Counted from the first letter of the stretch, positions 52,866 through 62,151 are shown. The stretch: DNA of 64,000 bases from Dehalococcoidia bacterium (GCA_965249605.1 OZ252245.1:830250-894249), one strand, 5' to 3'. Made by a program: numbers and translations. The notes: a model not told the origin generated them from the letters alone.

Positions 52866-54152
52866 ATGCTGACGCCGGAAGAAAACGAACTTCTCTGTAG
52901 AGTTGGGGCGGGAACGCCCATGGGCAACCTGATGCGGGAATACTGGTTTCCCGGCCTGAAGTCGGATGAGCTGCCGGAGCCGGACTGCCCGCCTGTTCGC
53001 ATCAAGCTGCTGGGCGAGGAGCTCGTCGCGTTTCGCGACAGCAACAACAACGTGGGCCTCATCGACAGCAACTGCCCGCACCGTCGGGCCAGCCTCTTCT
53101 TTGGTCGAAACGAGGAGAGCGGCCTCCGGTGCGTCTACCACGGATGGAAGTTCGACGTGAACGGCGACTGCGTCGACATGCCCTCGGAGCCTGCGGAAAG
53201 CAACTTCAAGGACAAGGTGCGGATCAAGTCGTACCGGTGCCATGAGCGTAACGGCATCATCTGGGTGTACATGGGCCCGCGCGAGGTCCCGCCGGAGCTC
53301 CCGGAGCTCGAGGGCAACATGCACGAGCGCTCCACCGTCACCGTCCTGCACCGCAACTGCAACTGGATGCAGGGGCTTGAGGGTGAGATGGACACGGTCC
53401 ACGTGACCTTCCTGCACCTGGGGCATTTCACCATCCACAACACCGAACCCGGCTCGATGAACTACCACCAGGCGAAGAACCGCTACGGCCAGTTCAGCGT
53501 CAAGGTGACGGAGCACGGCACCTCCTACGGCATGTTCCGCCCCACGGACGACGGGCAGGAGTACTGGCGCGTCGGCCACATCCTCTTCCCCTTCTTCGCG
53601 ATGGTCCCGGGCATCGACAACCCGCTCGGCTCCAACGCCAGCTTCCTGGCCTACGTGCCCATGGACGACCACAACACGCTGGAGTGGGGCGTTCGGGCGT
53701 TGAAGCCGGGCGAGGAGCCCAGGGACCAACTGCGGGACTACAAGCCCAACGGCACCGGCTGGTTCGACCGCTACAACCTCGACCAGAACTGGGACAACGA
53801 CTTTCAGGTTGACCGTGAGGCCCAGAGGAACAACGTCAGCTTCACGGGCATCAAGGGCATCCGCCAACAAGACATGGCGATGACCGAGAGCATGGGCAGC
53901 ATCTACGACCGCACCAAGGAGCACCTGGGCACGACGGACCAGATGATCATCCGGACGCGCCGTCGCTTCACGGACGCGGCGCGGGCACTTCTGGAAGACG
54001 GCACGCCGCCCCCCGGGCTGGAGACGCCGTGGGCGTACCACCAGCGCTCGGGCCAGGCGGTATTGCCGGGCGGCGTCGACTGGTGGGAGTACACCAAGGA
54101 CGTCCGGGAGCGCTTCGAGGCCAGTGGCCTGGTGCTGGAGCCGGGCGGCTAG
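52866..54152 (+). CDS. Rieske non-heme iron oxygenase alpha subunit, phthalate-dioxygenase-like (tandem paralog)
   Basis: Start set at ATG 52866 (MLTPEENELLCRVGAGTPMGNLMREYW; GAGGAG upstream). The track ORF from 52494 is a spurious 5' extension overlapping the previous gene. Motifs: CPHRRASLFFGRNEESGLRCVYHGWKF and EMDTVHVTFLH. Confidence 0.9.
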   Translation: MLTPEENELLCRVGAGTPMGNLMREYWFPGLKSDELPEPDCPPVRIKLLGEELVAFRDSNNNVGLIDSNCPHRRASLFFGRNEESGLRCVYHGWKFDVNGDCVDMPSEPAESNFKDKVRIKSYRCHERNGIIWVYMGPREVPPELPELEGNMHERSTVTVLHRNCNWMQGLEGEMDTVHVTFLHLGHFTIHNTEPGSMNYHQAKNRYGQFSVKVTEHGTSYGMFRPTDDGQEYWRVGHILFPFFAMVPGIDNPLGSNASFLAYVPMDDHNTLEWGVRALKPGEEPRDQLRDYKPNGTGWFDRYNLDQNWDNDFQVDREAQRNNVSFTGIKGIRQQDMAMTESMGSIYDRTKEHLGTTDQMIIRTRRRFTDAARALLEDGTPPPGLETPWAYHQRSGQAVLPGGVDWWEYTKDVRERFEASGLVLEPGG

Positions 54153-54173
54153 CCGACTCCTTTTAGGCGACAT

Positions 54174-54208
54174 AACAAGAGGGGCCACGTTTGTGGCCCC
54201 TTCTTGTT
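54174..54208 (+). terminator. Rho-independent-type terminator
   Basis: aacaagaggggccac-gttt-gtggccccttcttgtt forms a 15-bp stem with one bulge. Confidence 0.65.
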
Positions 54209-54287
54209 GGCCTGGGCGCCGTGCCGTCTGTTATAGTGGCGTCACGCCCGTTTGTGGTTGGCGGGATGCGGTGAGGTAGAAATCTCC

Positions 54288-54800
54288 ATGCGCTACGTGA
54301 TGTCCCTTCTCATATTCATCGGGTTGTCTATAGGCATCTCCGCTCTGCTTAACATTGACACTGACGACGAATCCTCGCGGTTTGTTGGATCAGCTCGTTG
54401 GATTGAGTTCACAGTTGAACCTACCGTTTGTGGAGGAAGGCTAGATGTGGCTGGCCAGACAACTAGCGGTGCCCGCTTCGGAGGAGAAAGTGGGGACTTC
54501 TCGATATTCGTGCTCTATGAAAGTTCAGCCCTTAGCTATGGGAGAAGTGGGACCATAGCCCCCGTTTTGGGGTTTCTCTCGCCGCTCGGACCAAATGAGT
54601 TCTATCCGACACTGGACTCCGCTGACCAAGTCGCGACTCGATTGGAGACTTCCTCGGCAAACGGGCAATTCCTTCTTGAGTCCAAATTACCTAGCTGGGT
54701 CGCAGAAGCCCCCTCTGACTATGAACTCGGCATATGGGGGTATCGTCGCCTCGGTGAACCTCCTGAGATTCTTCGAAGCTCTACCCTTCAAACCTGCTAG
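54288..54800 (+). CDS. Hypothetical secreted or membrane-anchored protein (ORFan) in a lower-G+C stretch
   Basis: Start at ATG 54288 (MRYVMSLLIFIGLSIGISALL, a signal/anchor). No family recognised. Confidence 0.5.
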   Translation: MRYVMSLLIFIGLSIGISALLNIDTDDESSRFVGSARWIEFTVEPTVCGGRLDVAGQTTSGARFGGESGDFSIFVLYESSALSYGRSGTIAPVLGFLSPLGPNEFYPTLDSADQVATRLETSSANGQFLLESKLPSWVAEAPSDYELGIWGYRRLGEPPEILRSSTLQTC

Positions 54801-54946
54801 CCCCTAAGTGCCTACCGCAAATTATCCTGCTATTGACGGCCTTGTGCCCTAGTCTGTTACAGTTTCCGCATCCAATGGCTGACTTGACCTGCGGTCGCGC
54901 TATGCCCGCACGGTTGAGCCAAGACCGCTTGAGCAAGGAGAAGCCC

Positions 54947-55981
54947 ATGGCTGCCAAGAAGCTCGTGTACTTTGACCGGTTCATTGCCCCAGTGGGTGAG
55001 CTGGAGTTGCAAAACCACTCGGACGTGGTGGAGTTGGTGAAGCTGAGCTCTCAGGACCCACGCGAGCGATTGTGGGAGGCGATGGCGGACGCCCACGGCC
55101 TCCACGTGCAGGGCCGCTCCATGCCGCCCAACACCCAGGAGGTCATCGACAAGAGTCCGAACCTGCTGGCCATCGTATCGGGACTCGCGGGCTATGACAC
55201 CATCGACATCCCGGCGTGCACAGAGGCGGGCGTGCTCGTCTGCAACCAGACCGGCATGGGCAACGAGCCCGTGGCCGAGCAGGTGACGGGCGCGATGCTC
55301 CTGCTGTCGCACCGGGCGCTGCTGGCGGACCGGCAGCTCCATGCACGCATCCAGCGCAAGCCCGGCGAGCTTACGGGCAACGATCTGCTGGAGAAGACAG
55401 TGGGCATTGTCGGTTTCGGCGCCATCGGCTCGCGTGTGGGCGAAATCCTGAGCGCCGCATTCCGTATGCGCGTGCTGGTGCACGACCCCATCATGGGCGA
55501 CGAAGAGATCGCCCGGCGAGGCGGCGAGAGCGTCGAGTTGGACGATCTGCTCAAGGAGAGCGACTACGTCACGCTGCACACGCCGCTAACGGACCAGACC
55601 AAGGGCATGATCGGCGAGCGGGAGTACCGGCTGATGAAGCCCACGGCATTCTTCGTCAACAACGCTCGCGGCGGGCTGTACGACGAGGAGGCGCTGGAGC
55701 GCATGCTCAAGGAGGGCGTCATCGCCGGCGCAGCGCTGGACGTTTGGGAGATTGAGCCTCCCTCCTTTGACCACCCGCTGCTGAAGCTGGACAACGTCCT
55801 CGCGACGCCGCACAGTTCCGGGCAGTCGCAGGAGGCCATCTTCAACATGAGCGAGAACGCCGGCAGGCAGTGGCTCGCCATCTTCCGGGGGCAACGGCCG
55901 TCGCCCATCGTGAACCCGGAGGTCTGGCCGGCGTACGTGGCGCGGCACAAGGCCATCGTTGGGGAGGCGCCAGTCGGCTAA
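54947..55981 (+). CDS. D-isomer-specific 2-hydroxyacid dehydrogenase family protein
   Basis: Start at ATG 54947 (AAGGAG upstream). GIVGFGAIGSRVG NAD motif, NNARGGLYDE, TPHSSG. Confidence 0.85.
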   Translation: MAAKKLVYFDRFIAPVGELELQNHSDVVELVKLSSQDPRERLWEAMADAHGLHVQGRSMPPNTQEVIDKSPNLLAIVSGLAGYDTIDIPACTEAGVLVCNQTGMGNEPVAEQVTGAMLLLSHRALLADRQLHARIQRKPGELTGNDLLEKTVGIVGFGAIGSRVGEILSAAFRMRVLVHDPIMGDEEIARRGGESVELDDLLKESDYVTLHTPLTDQTKGMIGEREYRLMKPTAFFVNNARGGLYDEEALERMLKEGVIAGAALDVWEIEPPSFDHPLLKLDNVLATPHSSGQSQEAIFNMSENAGRQWLAIFRGQRPSPIVNPEVWPAYVARHKAIVGEAPVG

Positions 55982-56015
55982 TGCTGGAACGCGTCGCCAC
56001 GGGCTGCGGGATTCA

Positions 56016-56044
56016 TTGACTTATATGTGCCCAAGCTATAAGAT
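56016..56044 (+). promoter_or_regulatory. Sigma-70-like promoter candidate upstream of the SBP gene
   Basis: TTGACT (56016-56021), a 17-nt spacer, then TAAGAT (56039-56044). This leaves a 5' leader of about 170 nt before ATG 56213. Confidence 0.3.
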
Positions 56045-56212
56045 TTCGCGCAACAATCGGGCTGAAACACAGGGGGTAATTCCGCGCCCTCGTCTTCGTG
56101 TAAGCGGATTGATGACGCGGGTTTCGCCGAGATGGGAACCGTTGGCGAACAACCGGCGTCTTAGTGTTTACGGCAGAATTCGGCACAAACAGACTCGGTA
56201 GGAGGAAAGGGC

Positions 56213-58033
56213 ATGGGTTTTTGTAGACGTTCAGGGGGGATAGTGGCGCTGTTGGCGATGAGCCTCGCGCTACTGCTGGCCGTTGCCGCATGCGGCGGTG
56301 ACGACGGCGACAGCACGACCGCCACTACGGGCACCACGACCACCACGACTACGACGACGACCACGGCGGCAGTTGCTCCTACGGTGGCGCCCGCGGAAGC
56401 GCCGAGCAGCGGCGACACAATGGCGAAGCCCGCGGACGACGTAATGATGCCGAAGGCGGTAGTCGACCGGCTGATCTTCGCAACCACCACCCCATCCACC
56501 GAACACAGCGACGCGCGTGTTCTCTGTTGCTTCAACGCGCTGCAGCTGCGGCCGATGTACGAGAACCTGTTGGCGGTAAACCCGGCGGGCGAGTTCGTGC
56601 CTGGGCTTGCCACCTCATGGACGCTGGAGCCCGACGGCCAGTCCATGCGGATCGAGCTTCGCGAGGGCGTGGAGTTCCACAACGGGAACGGCGAGTTCAC
56701 GTCTGACGACGTCATAAACTTCTTCGACGAGTTTGTGACCTTTGATGACGCTCACGTCTTTTCCCGCATCTTCTGGCGGGCCTTCACGGAATCCGTGGAC
56801 AGGGTTGACGACCACGAGATCGTCTTCCGCATGAGTCGCCCCAACAGCTTCCTGTTGCTGGCGCTCTCTGACCGCTGGACGCAGTTGCCGATGGTAAGTA
56901 AGGCCGACTGGGATGCGAACGGCGCCCCGGAGACGCCCAACAGCACGCCGTTGGCGGGCACCGGCCCGTACCAGTTCTTGGAGCGGGAACAGGGCCAGCG
57001 CATCGTCTTTGAGCGCGCCCCCGGCGAGCACTGGCGTGTGACCCCGGACTTCCCTGAGCTGGAGTTGCGCTGGATTAGCGAGGTCTCGACGCGGCTGTCC
57101 GCGCTGTTGGCCGGAGAGGTCCAAATGACCGACCTGCCGCCAGACCTGCAACCGCAAGCCATCTCCACTGGTTTCGAAATCAAGAGCAACAGCAACTTTG
57201 GCACTCGCGTATGGATGCAGTTCTACGCGGCCTTCCCGGACCCGGAGACGGGCGTTGCCGGCTGGCCGCTCTACCCAGATGCAAAGCTGCTTGACGTGCG
57301 GGTGCGCAAGGCCCTGAACAAGGCAATCAACCGCGACGAGGTCCAGAGCGCCTTTGCACCCCAGGGCGAAAAGATGATCCTCAACCACTTCCACCCGCAG
57401 TTTGTGGGCTGGAACCCGGAGTGGGCACAGAACTTTGAGTCCGAGTACGGTTACGACCCGGCAGCGGCACGGTCGCTGCTCCGTGAAGCGGGATATGACT
57501 CCAACAACCCGCTGGAAATCAAGACGCGCATCAGGTCTTGCGTCGTCATGGCCGGCTGTGAGGACGTGACCGAGGCGGTGGCCGGCTACTGGAGCGACGT
57601 GGGCGTCGACGTGGAGCTGGTGACCATTGACGGCGCTTCGCGGAACGCCCTGAGCCGGGCGACCCGTGGCGGCAAGGCGGGCATTGGCGAGGGCATCGTG
57701 GACTGGGTGGACGTCGACAACAGCAGCACGCACCCGGTCTTCGCGCTGGCGAACCGGCAGACCTGGCACGCCACCGGCGGCGTCAACGGCTTCGCGACGC
57801 CGGAGATGTACGAGATCGTGGGCAGGATCCAGTCCGAGATGGACTGGTCCAAGCACGAAGCCAACATCCGGGCGGTTGGTGAACTGAGCTACAGCCTCCA
57901 CGCCAACGTGCCTCTGTGGTACCTACCTGCGCAGGTCGCCGTGGACCCGGACATCATTGCTGAGTACGTCTGGAACGGCACAGAACACGGCACCTTCACC
58001 CACCTCGAGGAAATTGTGGCGGTGAAGAAGTAG
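56213..58033 (+). CDS. ABC-transporter substrate-binding lipoprotein, family 5 (peptide/nickel/opine type), with a poly-Thr linker
   Basis: Signal plus lipobox LLAVAACGG, linker TTATTGTTTTTTTTTTTAAVAP, then family-5 SBP blocks (GVEFHNGNGEFTSDDV, GTGPYQF). Confidence 0.85.
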   Translation: MGFCRRSGGIVALLAMSLALLLAVAACGGDDGDSTTATTGTTTTTTTTTTTAAVAPTVAPAEAPSSGDTMAKPADDVMMPKAVVDRLIFATTTPSTEHSDARVLCCFNALQLRPMYENLLAVNPAGEFVPGLATSWTLEPDGQSMRIELREGVEFHNGNGEFTSDDVINFFDEFVTFDDAHVFSRIFWRAFTESVDRVDDHEIVFRMSRPNSFLLLALSDRWTQLPMVSKADWDANGAPETPNSTPLAGTGPYQFLEREQGQRIVFERAPGEHWRVTPDFPELELRWISEVSTRLSALLAGEVQMTDLPPDLQPQAISTGFEIKSNSNFGTRVWMQFYAAFPDPETGVAGWPLYPDAKLLDVRVRKALNKAINRDEVQSAFAPQGEKMILNHFHPQFVGWNPEWAQNFESEYGYDPAAARSLLREAGYDSNNPLEIKTRIRSCVVMAGCEDVTEAVAGYWSDVGVDVELVTIDGASRNALSRATRGGKAGIGEGIVDWVDVDNSSTHPVFALANRQTWHATGGVNGFATPEMYEIVGRIQSEMDWSKHEANIRAVGELSYSLHANVPLWYLPAQVAVDPDIIAEYVWNGTEHGTFTHLEEIVAVKK

Positions 58034-58129
58034 ATGTGTTGCCGTCCGGTTAGGTCGGAAGGGTAGCCCGCAAGGCGGGGATGGCACGCCGCTGTCCCCG
58101 CCTTCCGCCGGAAAAGCAAAGGAGGAGTC

Positions 58130-59350
58130 ATGGCAAGGAAACTGTGTATCTCGGCGGACTCGCACATCGTGGAACCGGCTGAGTTCTTTGACCCGCTGAT
58201 CAAGAAATACGGAGACCGGGCTCCGCACATGGCCATTTCTAACCCTGAGATGGGGCCACAGATGCACCTGGGCAACGGCAAGATTGGCCTGCCCGCCGCG
58301 GGCTTCCTCCAGCAGAACGTCGACTTTACGAGCCCGGAGGCCCGCGCCGACATGAAGCGCGGCTACGACCTCGCGCTGCCCGGCTGCTACGACGTCGCCG
58401 AGCGCGTGAAGGAGCAGGAGCAGGACGGCATCGACGCGGAGGTGCTGTACCCCAGCCTGCTCTTCAACGTGTACCAGGTGGAAGACCTGAACATCGTCAA
58501 GGACACCTTCTCGGTGTTCAACGACTGGATCACCGACTACGTCAGCCCCGCCCCCGACCGCCTGTTTGCGCTCGGCGCGGTGCAGCTTTGGGACCTGGAC
58601 CAGGCGATTGAGGAGATGGAGCGCTGCAAGTCCATGGGGCACGTAGGCATCTGCGTTCCAATTACGGCGCCTCCCGACCACCTCTACGTGGACACGTGGT
58701 ACGACAAATTCTGGGCAGCCGCCCAGGACCTTGAGATGCCGCTGAACATGCACCTGTTTACGGGTGCGACCGAGAACCACGGCCTTCCGCCCCGGCAGGC
58801 CCCCAGCCGCGCGAACGGCCCCATGGGCTTCGCCGGCGCCGCCTTCACCATCGCCGACATGATCCAGTCCGGCGTTCTGGAGCGGTTCCCCAAGCTGAAG
58901 GTCGTAATCACTGAGTTTGAGACCGGCTGGATCGGCCACGTGCTGAAGAGGCTCGACTGGGCGTACATCCGTGGCGGCGGCGAGCGCACCTCGGGTCTCC
59001 CGATGATGCCCAGCCACTATTGGCTGCGCAACTTCTACGCCACCTTTGAGGACGACCCTCTAGGCATCCGCACCCGCGACTTCATCGGCACCAAGACGCT
59101 GATGTGGGGCAACGACTACCCCCACGGTGACTCCGTCTTCCCGCACTCGCAGCAGGTCCTGACTGAGATCCTGGACGAGTGCACGGACGAGGAGCGGTAC
59201 GAGATGACCGTCAAGAACGTCGTTGAACTGTACAAGCTGCCCTTCGAGCTGGAGGGCCCGGAGCAGGCCAAGGTCAACTACCTGGACTTCGGCAAGGAAA
59301 AGACCTGGCGGGCCTCTCTCCCCGGCTACGCGTCGCTGACGCATGCCTAG
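58130..59350 (+). CDS. Amidohydrolase-2 family protein (ACMSD/LigW-type decarboxylase/hydrolase superfamily)
   Basis: ISADSHIVEP N-terminal metal motif, WGNDYPHGD near the C-terminus. AAGGAGG lies upstream. Confidence 0.85.
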   Translation: MARKLCISADSHIVEPAEFFDPLIKKYGDRAPHMAISNPEMGPQMHLGNGKIGLPAAGFLQQNVDFTSPEARADMKRGYDLALPGCYDVAERVKEQEQDGIDAEVLYPSLLFNVYQVEDLNIVKDTFSVFNDWITDYVSPAPDRLFALGAVQLWDLDQAIEEMERCKSMGHVGICVPITAPPDHLYVDTWYDKFWAAAQDLEMPLNMHLFTGATENHGLPPRQAPSRANGPMGFAGAAFTIADMIQSGVLERFPKLKVVITEFETGWIGHVLKRLDWAYIRGGGERTSGLPMMPSHYWLRNFYATFEDDPLGIRTRDFIGTKTLMWGNDYPHGDSVFPHSQQVLTEILDECTDEERYEMTVKNVVELYKLPFELEGPEQAKVNYLDFGKEKTWRASLPGYASLTHA

Positions 59351-59391
59351 CCGGTGATAGAGGGTCCGGCCCATTGCGATTGACATAAGCA

Positions 59392-59430
59392 AACGAGGGT
59401 TGGGGGCAACTCCAACCCTCGTTGCTTGTC
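59392..59430 (+). terminator. Rho-independent-type terminator
   Basis: Perfect 12-bp stem: aacgagggttgg pairs with ccaaccctcgtt, followed by gcttgtctg. Confidence 0.6.
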
Positions 59431-59478
59431 TGAGTCCCCACGTTCTGCGCGGCGCGCCGATGCCAACGGAGGTGAGCG

Positions 59479-60504
59479 GTGAAGAAGCAACTGGTCTACT
59501 TTGGCCATTGGACCAACCCCCTGGGCGAGCAGATGCTTGCCGAGGACGAGAACACGGAGCTGGTATGCCTGGACCGCGGCCTGCCGATCGAGGAGAAGCG
59601 GGAGGCGCTCGCCACGGCGCACGGCTACCTGCTGTCCCTGCGGGAGCTGGATGTGGACGCCGAGTTGCTGTCGGAGTGCCCCGACCTGCTCGCAGTGGGC
59701 TCTCGCGTTGCGGGGTTTGAGGCGGTCGACGTGGACGCGTGTACAGCGGCCGGCGTGCTCGTGGTCAACCAGGGCGGCATCGGCAATGAGCCGGTCGCCG
59801 AGCACGTCATCGCGGCGATGATCAGCCTCTCCAAGGAGATCCCGCAGGCCGACCGAGCGTTGCGCCAGGGCATCGTGAAGCGGCCGGGGCAATTTGTCGG
59901 CGACAACGTGCAGTACCGCACCATGGGCGTCATCGGCATGGGGAACATCGGCGCGCGGGTGGCCGACATCTGCAAGCTGGCCTTCCAGATGCGCGTCCTG
60001 GTGCATGACCCGTTTCTCACCGACGCGGAGATCACCGAGCGTGGCGGCGAGCCCTGCTCGCTGGAAGACCTGATGCGAGAGAGCGACTACGTCACGCTGC
60101 ACGTGCCGCTGAGCGAGCAGACCCGGGGGATGATAGGCGCGCGGGAGTTCGGCATGATGAAGCCCACCGCGTACTTCATCAACACCTCGCGCGGGCCCAA
60201 CATCGACGAACGGGCGCTGACGGTCGCGCTGCAAGAGGGATCGCTGGCGGGGGCGGCGCTCGACGTGTGGGACCCGGAGCCGCCGCTGCCGGACAACCCG
60301 CTGTTGCAGATGGACAACGTGCTGGCCACGCAGCACACGTCGGGTCCGACCAAGCAGGCGCACGCGGCGATGTCGGAGTCGGTGGCGCTGCAGTGGGCGG
60401 CGATCTTCCGCGGCGAACGGCCGCCGAGGCTCATCAACCCGGAGGCGTGGCCGGCCTACGTCGAGCGCCACACGCGCATCGTGGGCGAGCCGCCGCTGGA
60501 CTAG
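59479..60504 (+). CDS. D-isomer-specific 2-hydroxyacid dehydrogenase family protein (paralog of 54947)
   Basis: GTG start with GGAGG upstream. GVIGMGNIGARVA, NTSRGPNIDE, TQHTSG. The C-terminus NPEAWPAYVERH parallels NPEVWPAYVARH in the paralog. Confidence 0.85.
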   Translation: MKKQLVYFGHWTNPLGEQMLAEDENTELVCLDRGLPIEEKREALATAHGYLLSLRELDVDAELLSECPDLLAVGSRVAGFEAVDVDACTAAGVLVVNQGGIGNEPVAEHVIAAMISLSKEIPQADRALRQGIVKRPGQFVGDNVQYRTMGVIGMGNIGARVADICKLAFQMRVLVHDPFLTDAEITERGGEPCSLEDLMRESDYVTLHVPLSEQTRGMIGAREFGMMKPTAYFINTSRGPNIDERALTVALQEGSLAGAALDVWDPEPPLPDNPLLQMDNVLATQHTSGPTKQAHAAMSESVALQWAAIFRGERPPRLINPEAWPAYVERHTRIVGEPPLD

Positions 60505-60514
60505 CGTTCCGCAG

Positions 60515-61270
60515 CTAGCCCCGCCCGATGAAGGGCATCTTGGTCGCCATGATGGTCATGAACTGCACGTTGGCCCACAGCGGCAGGCTGTCCATGTAGA
60601 GGATTGCCTCGCCAGACTGCCGCGAGGTCATCGTCGCCTCCATGATCATGTCGCCGTTGGGCTGCTCGTTGCCCGCGCGGTTCACCGACCGTTCCGTCGC
60701 CGCGTTGCCGATGTCGATCTGGCAGCAGGCGATGTCGTACTTGCGACCGTCGAGCGAGGTGGCCTTGGTGAGGCCGGTCACGGCGTGCTTCGTAGCGGTG
60801 TAGGGCGCGGAGTTGGGCCGCGGCACGTGGGCGGAGATGGAGCCGTTGTTGATGATGCGCCCGCCCATGGGCGTCTGGTTCTTCATGATCTTGATGGCCT
60901 CTTGCGTGCAGTAGAAGACGCCATTGAGGTTGACGTTGACCACCGTGGTCCACTGCTCAATGGTCAGGTCCTCCAGGGGGTCACGGGGCGAGAATTGGCC
61001 GGCGTTGTTGAAGAGCAGGTCCAGCCGGCCAAAGGTCTCAACGGTCCTGGCAAAGAGGTTCTTGATCGACTCCGGTTCGCTGACGTCTGTCGGAACGGCG
61101 AGGGCCTTGCCGGCTGGCGCGCCGGCCTCCTCGATGGCGGAGTCGAGTAGCTCGGCGCGGCGGCCCGCCAGCACGACGGAGTAGCCCGCCTCCAGCAGCA
61201 CCAGCGCCGACTGCCTGCCGATGCCGCTGCTGGCCCCAGTGATCACCGCGACCTTGTCCTTTGCTTCCAT
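60515..61270 (-). CDS. Short-chain dehydrogenase/reductase (SDR)
   Basis: [12 protein letters not shown] cofactor motif, NNAG, and the YTATK catalytic Y-x3-K. Confidence 0.9.
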   Translation of the reverse strand: MEAKDKVAVITGASSGIGRQSALVLLEAGYSVVLAGRRAELLDSAIEEAGAPAGKALAVPTDVSEPESIKNLFARTVETFGRLDLLFNNAGQFSPRDPLEDLTIEQWTTVVNVNLNGVFYCTQEAIKIMKNQTPMGGRIINNGSISAHVPRPNSAPYTATKHAVTGLTKATSLDGRKYDIACCQIDIGNAATERSVNRAGNEQPNGDMIMEATMTSRQSGEAILYMDSLPLWANVQFMTIMATKMPFIGRG

Positions 61271-61542
61271 GTCACCTTCTCCCGCGTTGGTTGACGCGAG
61301 ACACCCCAGGGGGGCATCTCACGCGCCCGGCTATCATCGCACAGCGGCGGGGAAGGCGCACGTAACGGGGCGTTGCATTGCAGGCCAAGACCATCGTTGC
61401 GACGCCTTGCGTCACAGTCGTAACGAGCGCAAAATGGCGGTGCCGGGCCGCATGAGGCCGGTGGCGCAGTGCGGGGCCCGGGACCGAATGGCCGAGTCGT
61501 CGGCGGGCCGCCCACGTTGTGGGCGCGGAAACGGAGGTCCTC

Positions 61543-62151
61543 ATGGCAGACGCAGGTTCGGCGCCCGTCAGTCTCGGTGTGGAGTATCCGGAGCAGTTAT
61601 CAAGGCTGTACCTGGTTGCCAAAGTCCTTTTCGGCTGGCTGTACGTCGGCATACCCCACGGCATCATCCTCTATATCTTGTCGATCGTAGCGTTGGTGTT
61701 GCACGCGATTGCATTTGTCATCGTGCTCGTCACAGGCCGCTACCCGCGAGGGATATTCGACATCATGCTGGGCTACCACGCCTGGAGCGTTCGTGTGGAC
61801 GCGTACACCAACCTCATGACGGACCGGTACCCGCCCTTCGCGCTCACCTCGAACGACTACCCGGCGGCGATCGGCATCGAGTACCCGGAGCAGGTGTCGC
61901 GTGGCACGGCGGCGCTGCGGTTCTTCCTTGGCTGGCTGTACGTGGGCATCCCGCACGGAATCGCGCTGCTGGTCTTGAGCATCGTTGCTCTTGTCCTGTT
62001 GATCGTTTCGGCCTTCGCCATCCTCTTCACCGGGAAATACCCCCAGGGTCTCTTCGACTTCATTCAAGGGGTCATGCGGTGGAGTATTCGCGTGAGCACG
62101 TACCTGTACCTGCTCCAGGACAAGTACCCGCCCTTCAGCTTGAAGGCGTAG
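61543..62151 (+). CDS. Membrane protein with two tandem DUF4389-like repeats
   Basis: Start at ATG 61543 (GGAGG upstream). Two ~95-aa repeats each contain (G)(V/I)EYPEQ(L/V)SR...GWLYVGIPHGI...TG(R/K)YP(R/Q)G(I/L)FD...(D)(R/K)YPPF. Confidence 0.7.
   Translation: MADAGSAPVSLGVEYPEQLSRLYLVAKVLFGWLYVGIPHGIILYILSIVALVLHAIAFVIVLVTGRYPRGIFDIMLGYHAWSVRVDAYTNLMTDRYPPFALTSNDYPAAIGIEYPEQVSRGTAALRFFLGWLYVGIPHGIALLVLSIVALVLLIVSAFAILFTGKYPQGLFDFIQGVMRWSIRVSTYLYLLQDKYPPFSLKA

Noticed and set aside
47006-57901. A series of long minus-strand ORFs: 47006-48496, 48656-50110, 50153-51028, 51487-52833, 52800-54188 and 56615-57901. Similar cases elsewhere in the window are 560-1627, 11252-12592, 34200-35237 and 35332-36627.
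   Set aside because: Each lies antisense to a plus-strand gene with clear family motifs. The translations are Arg/His/Pro/Gly-rich with no recognisable domains. They are stop-codon-poor antisense frames.
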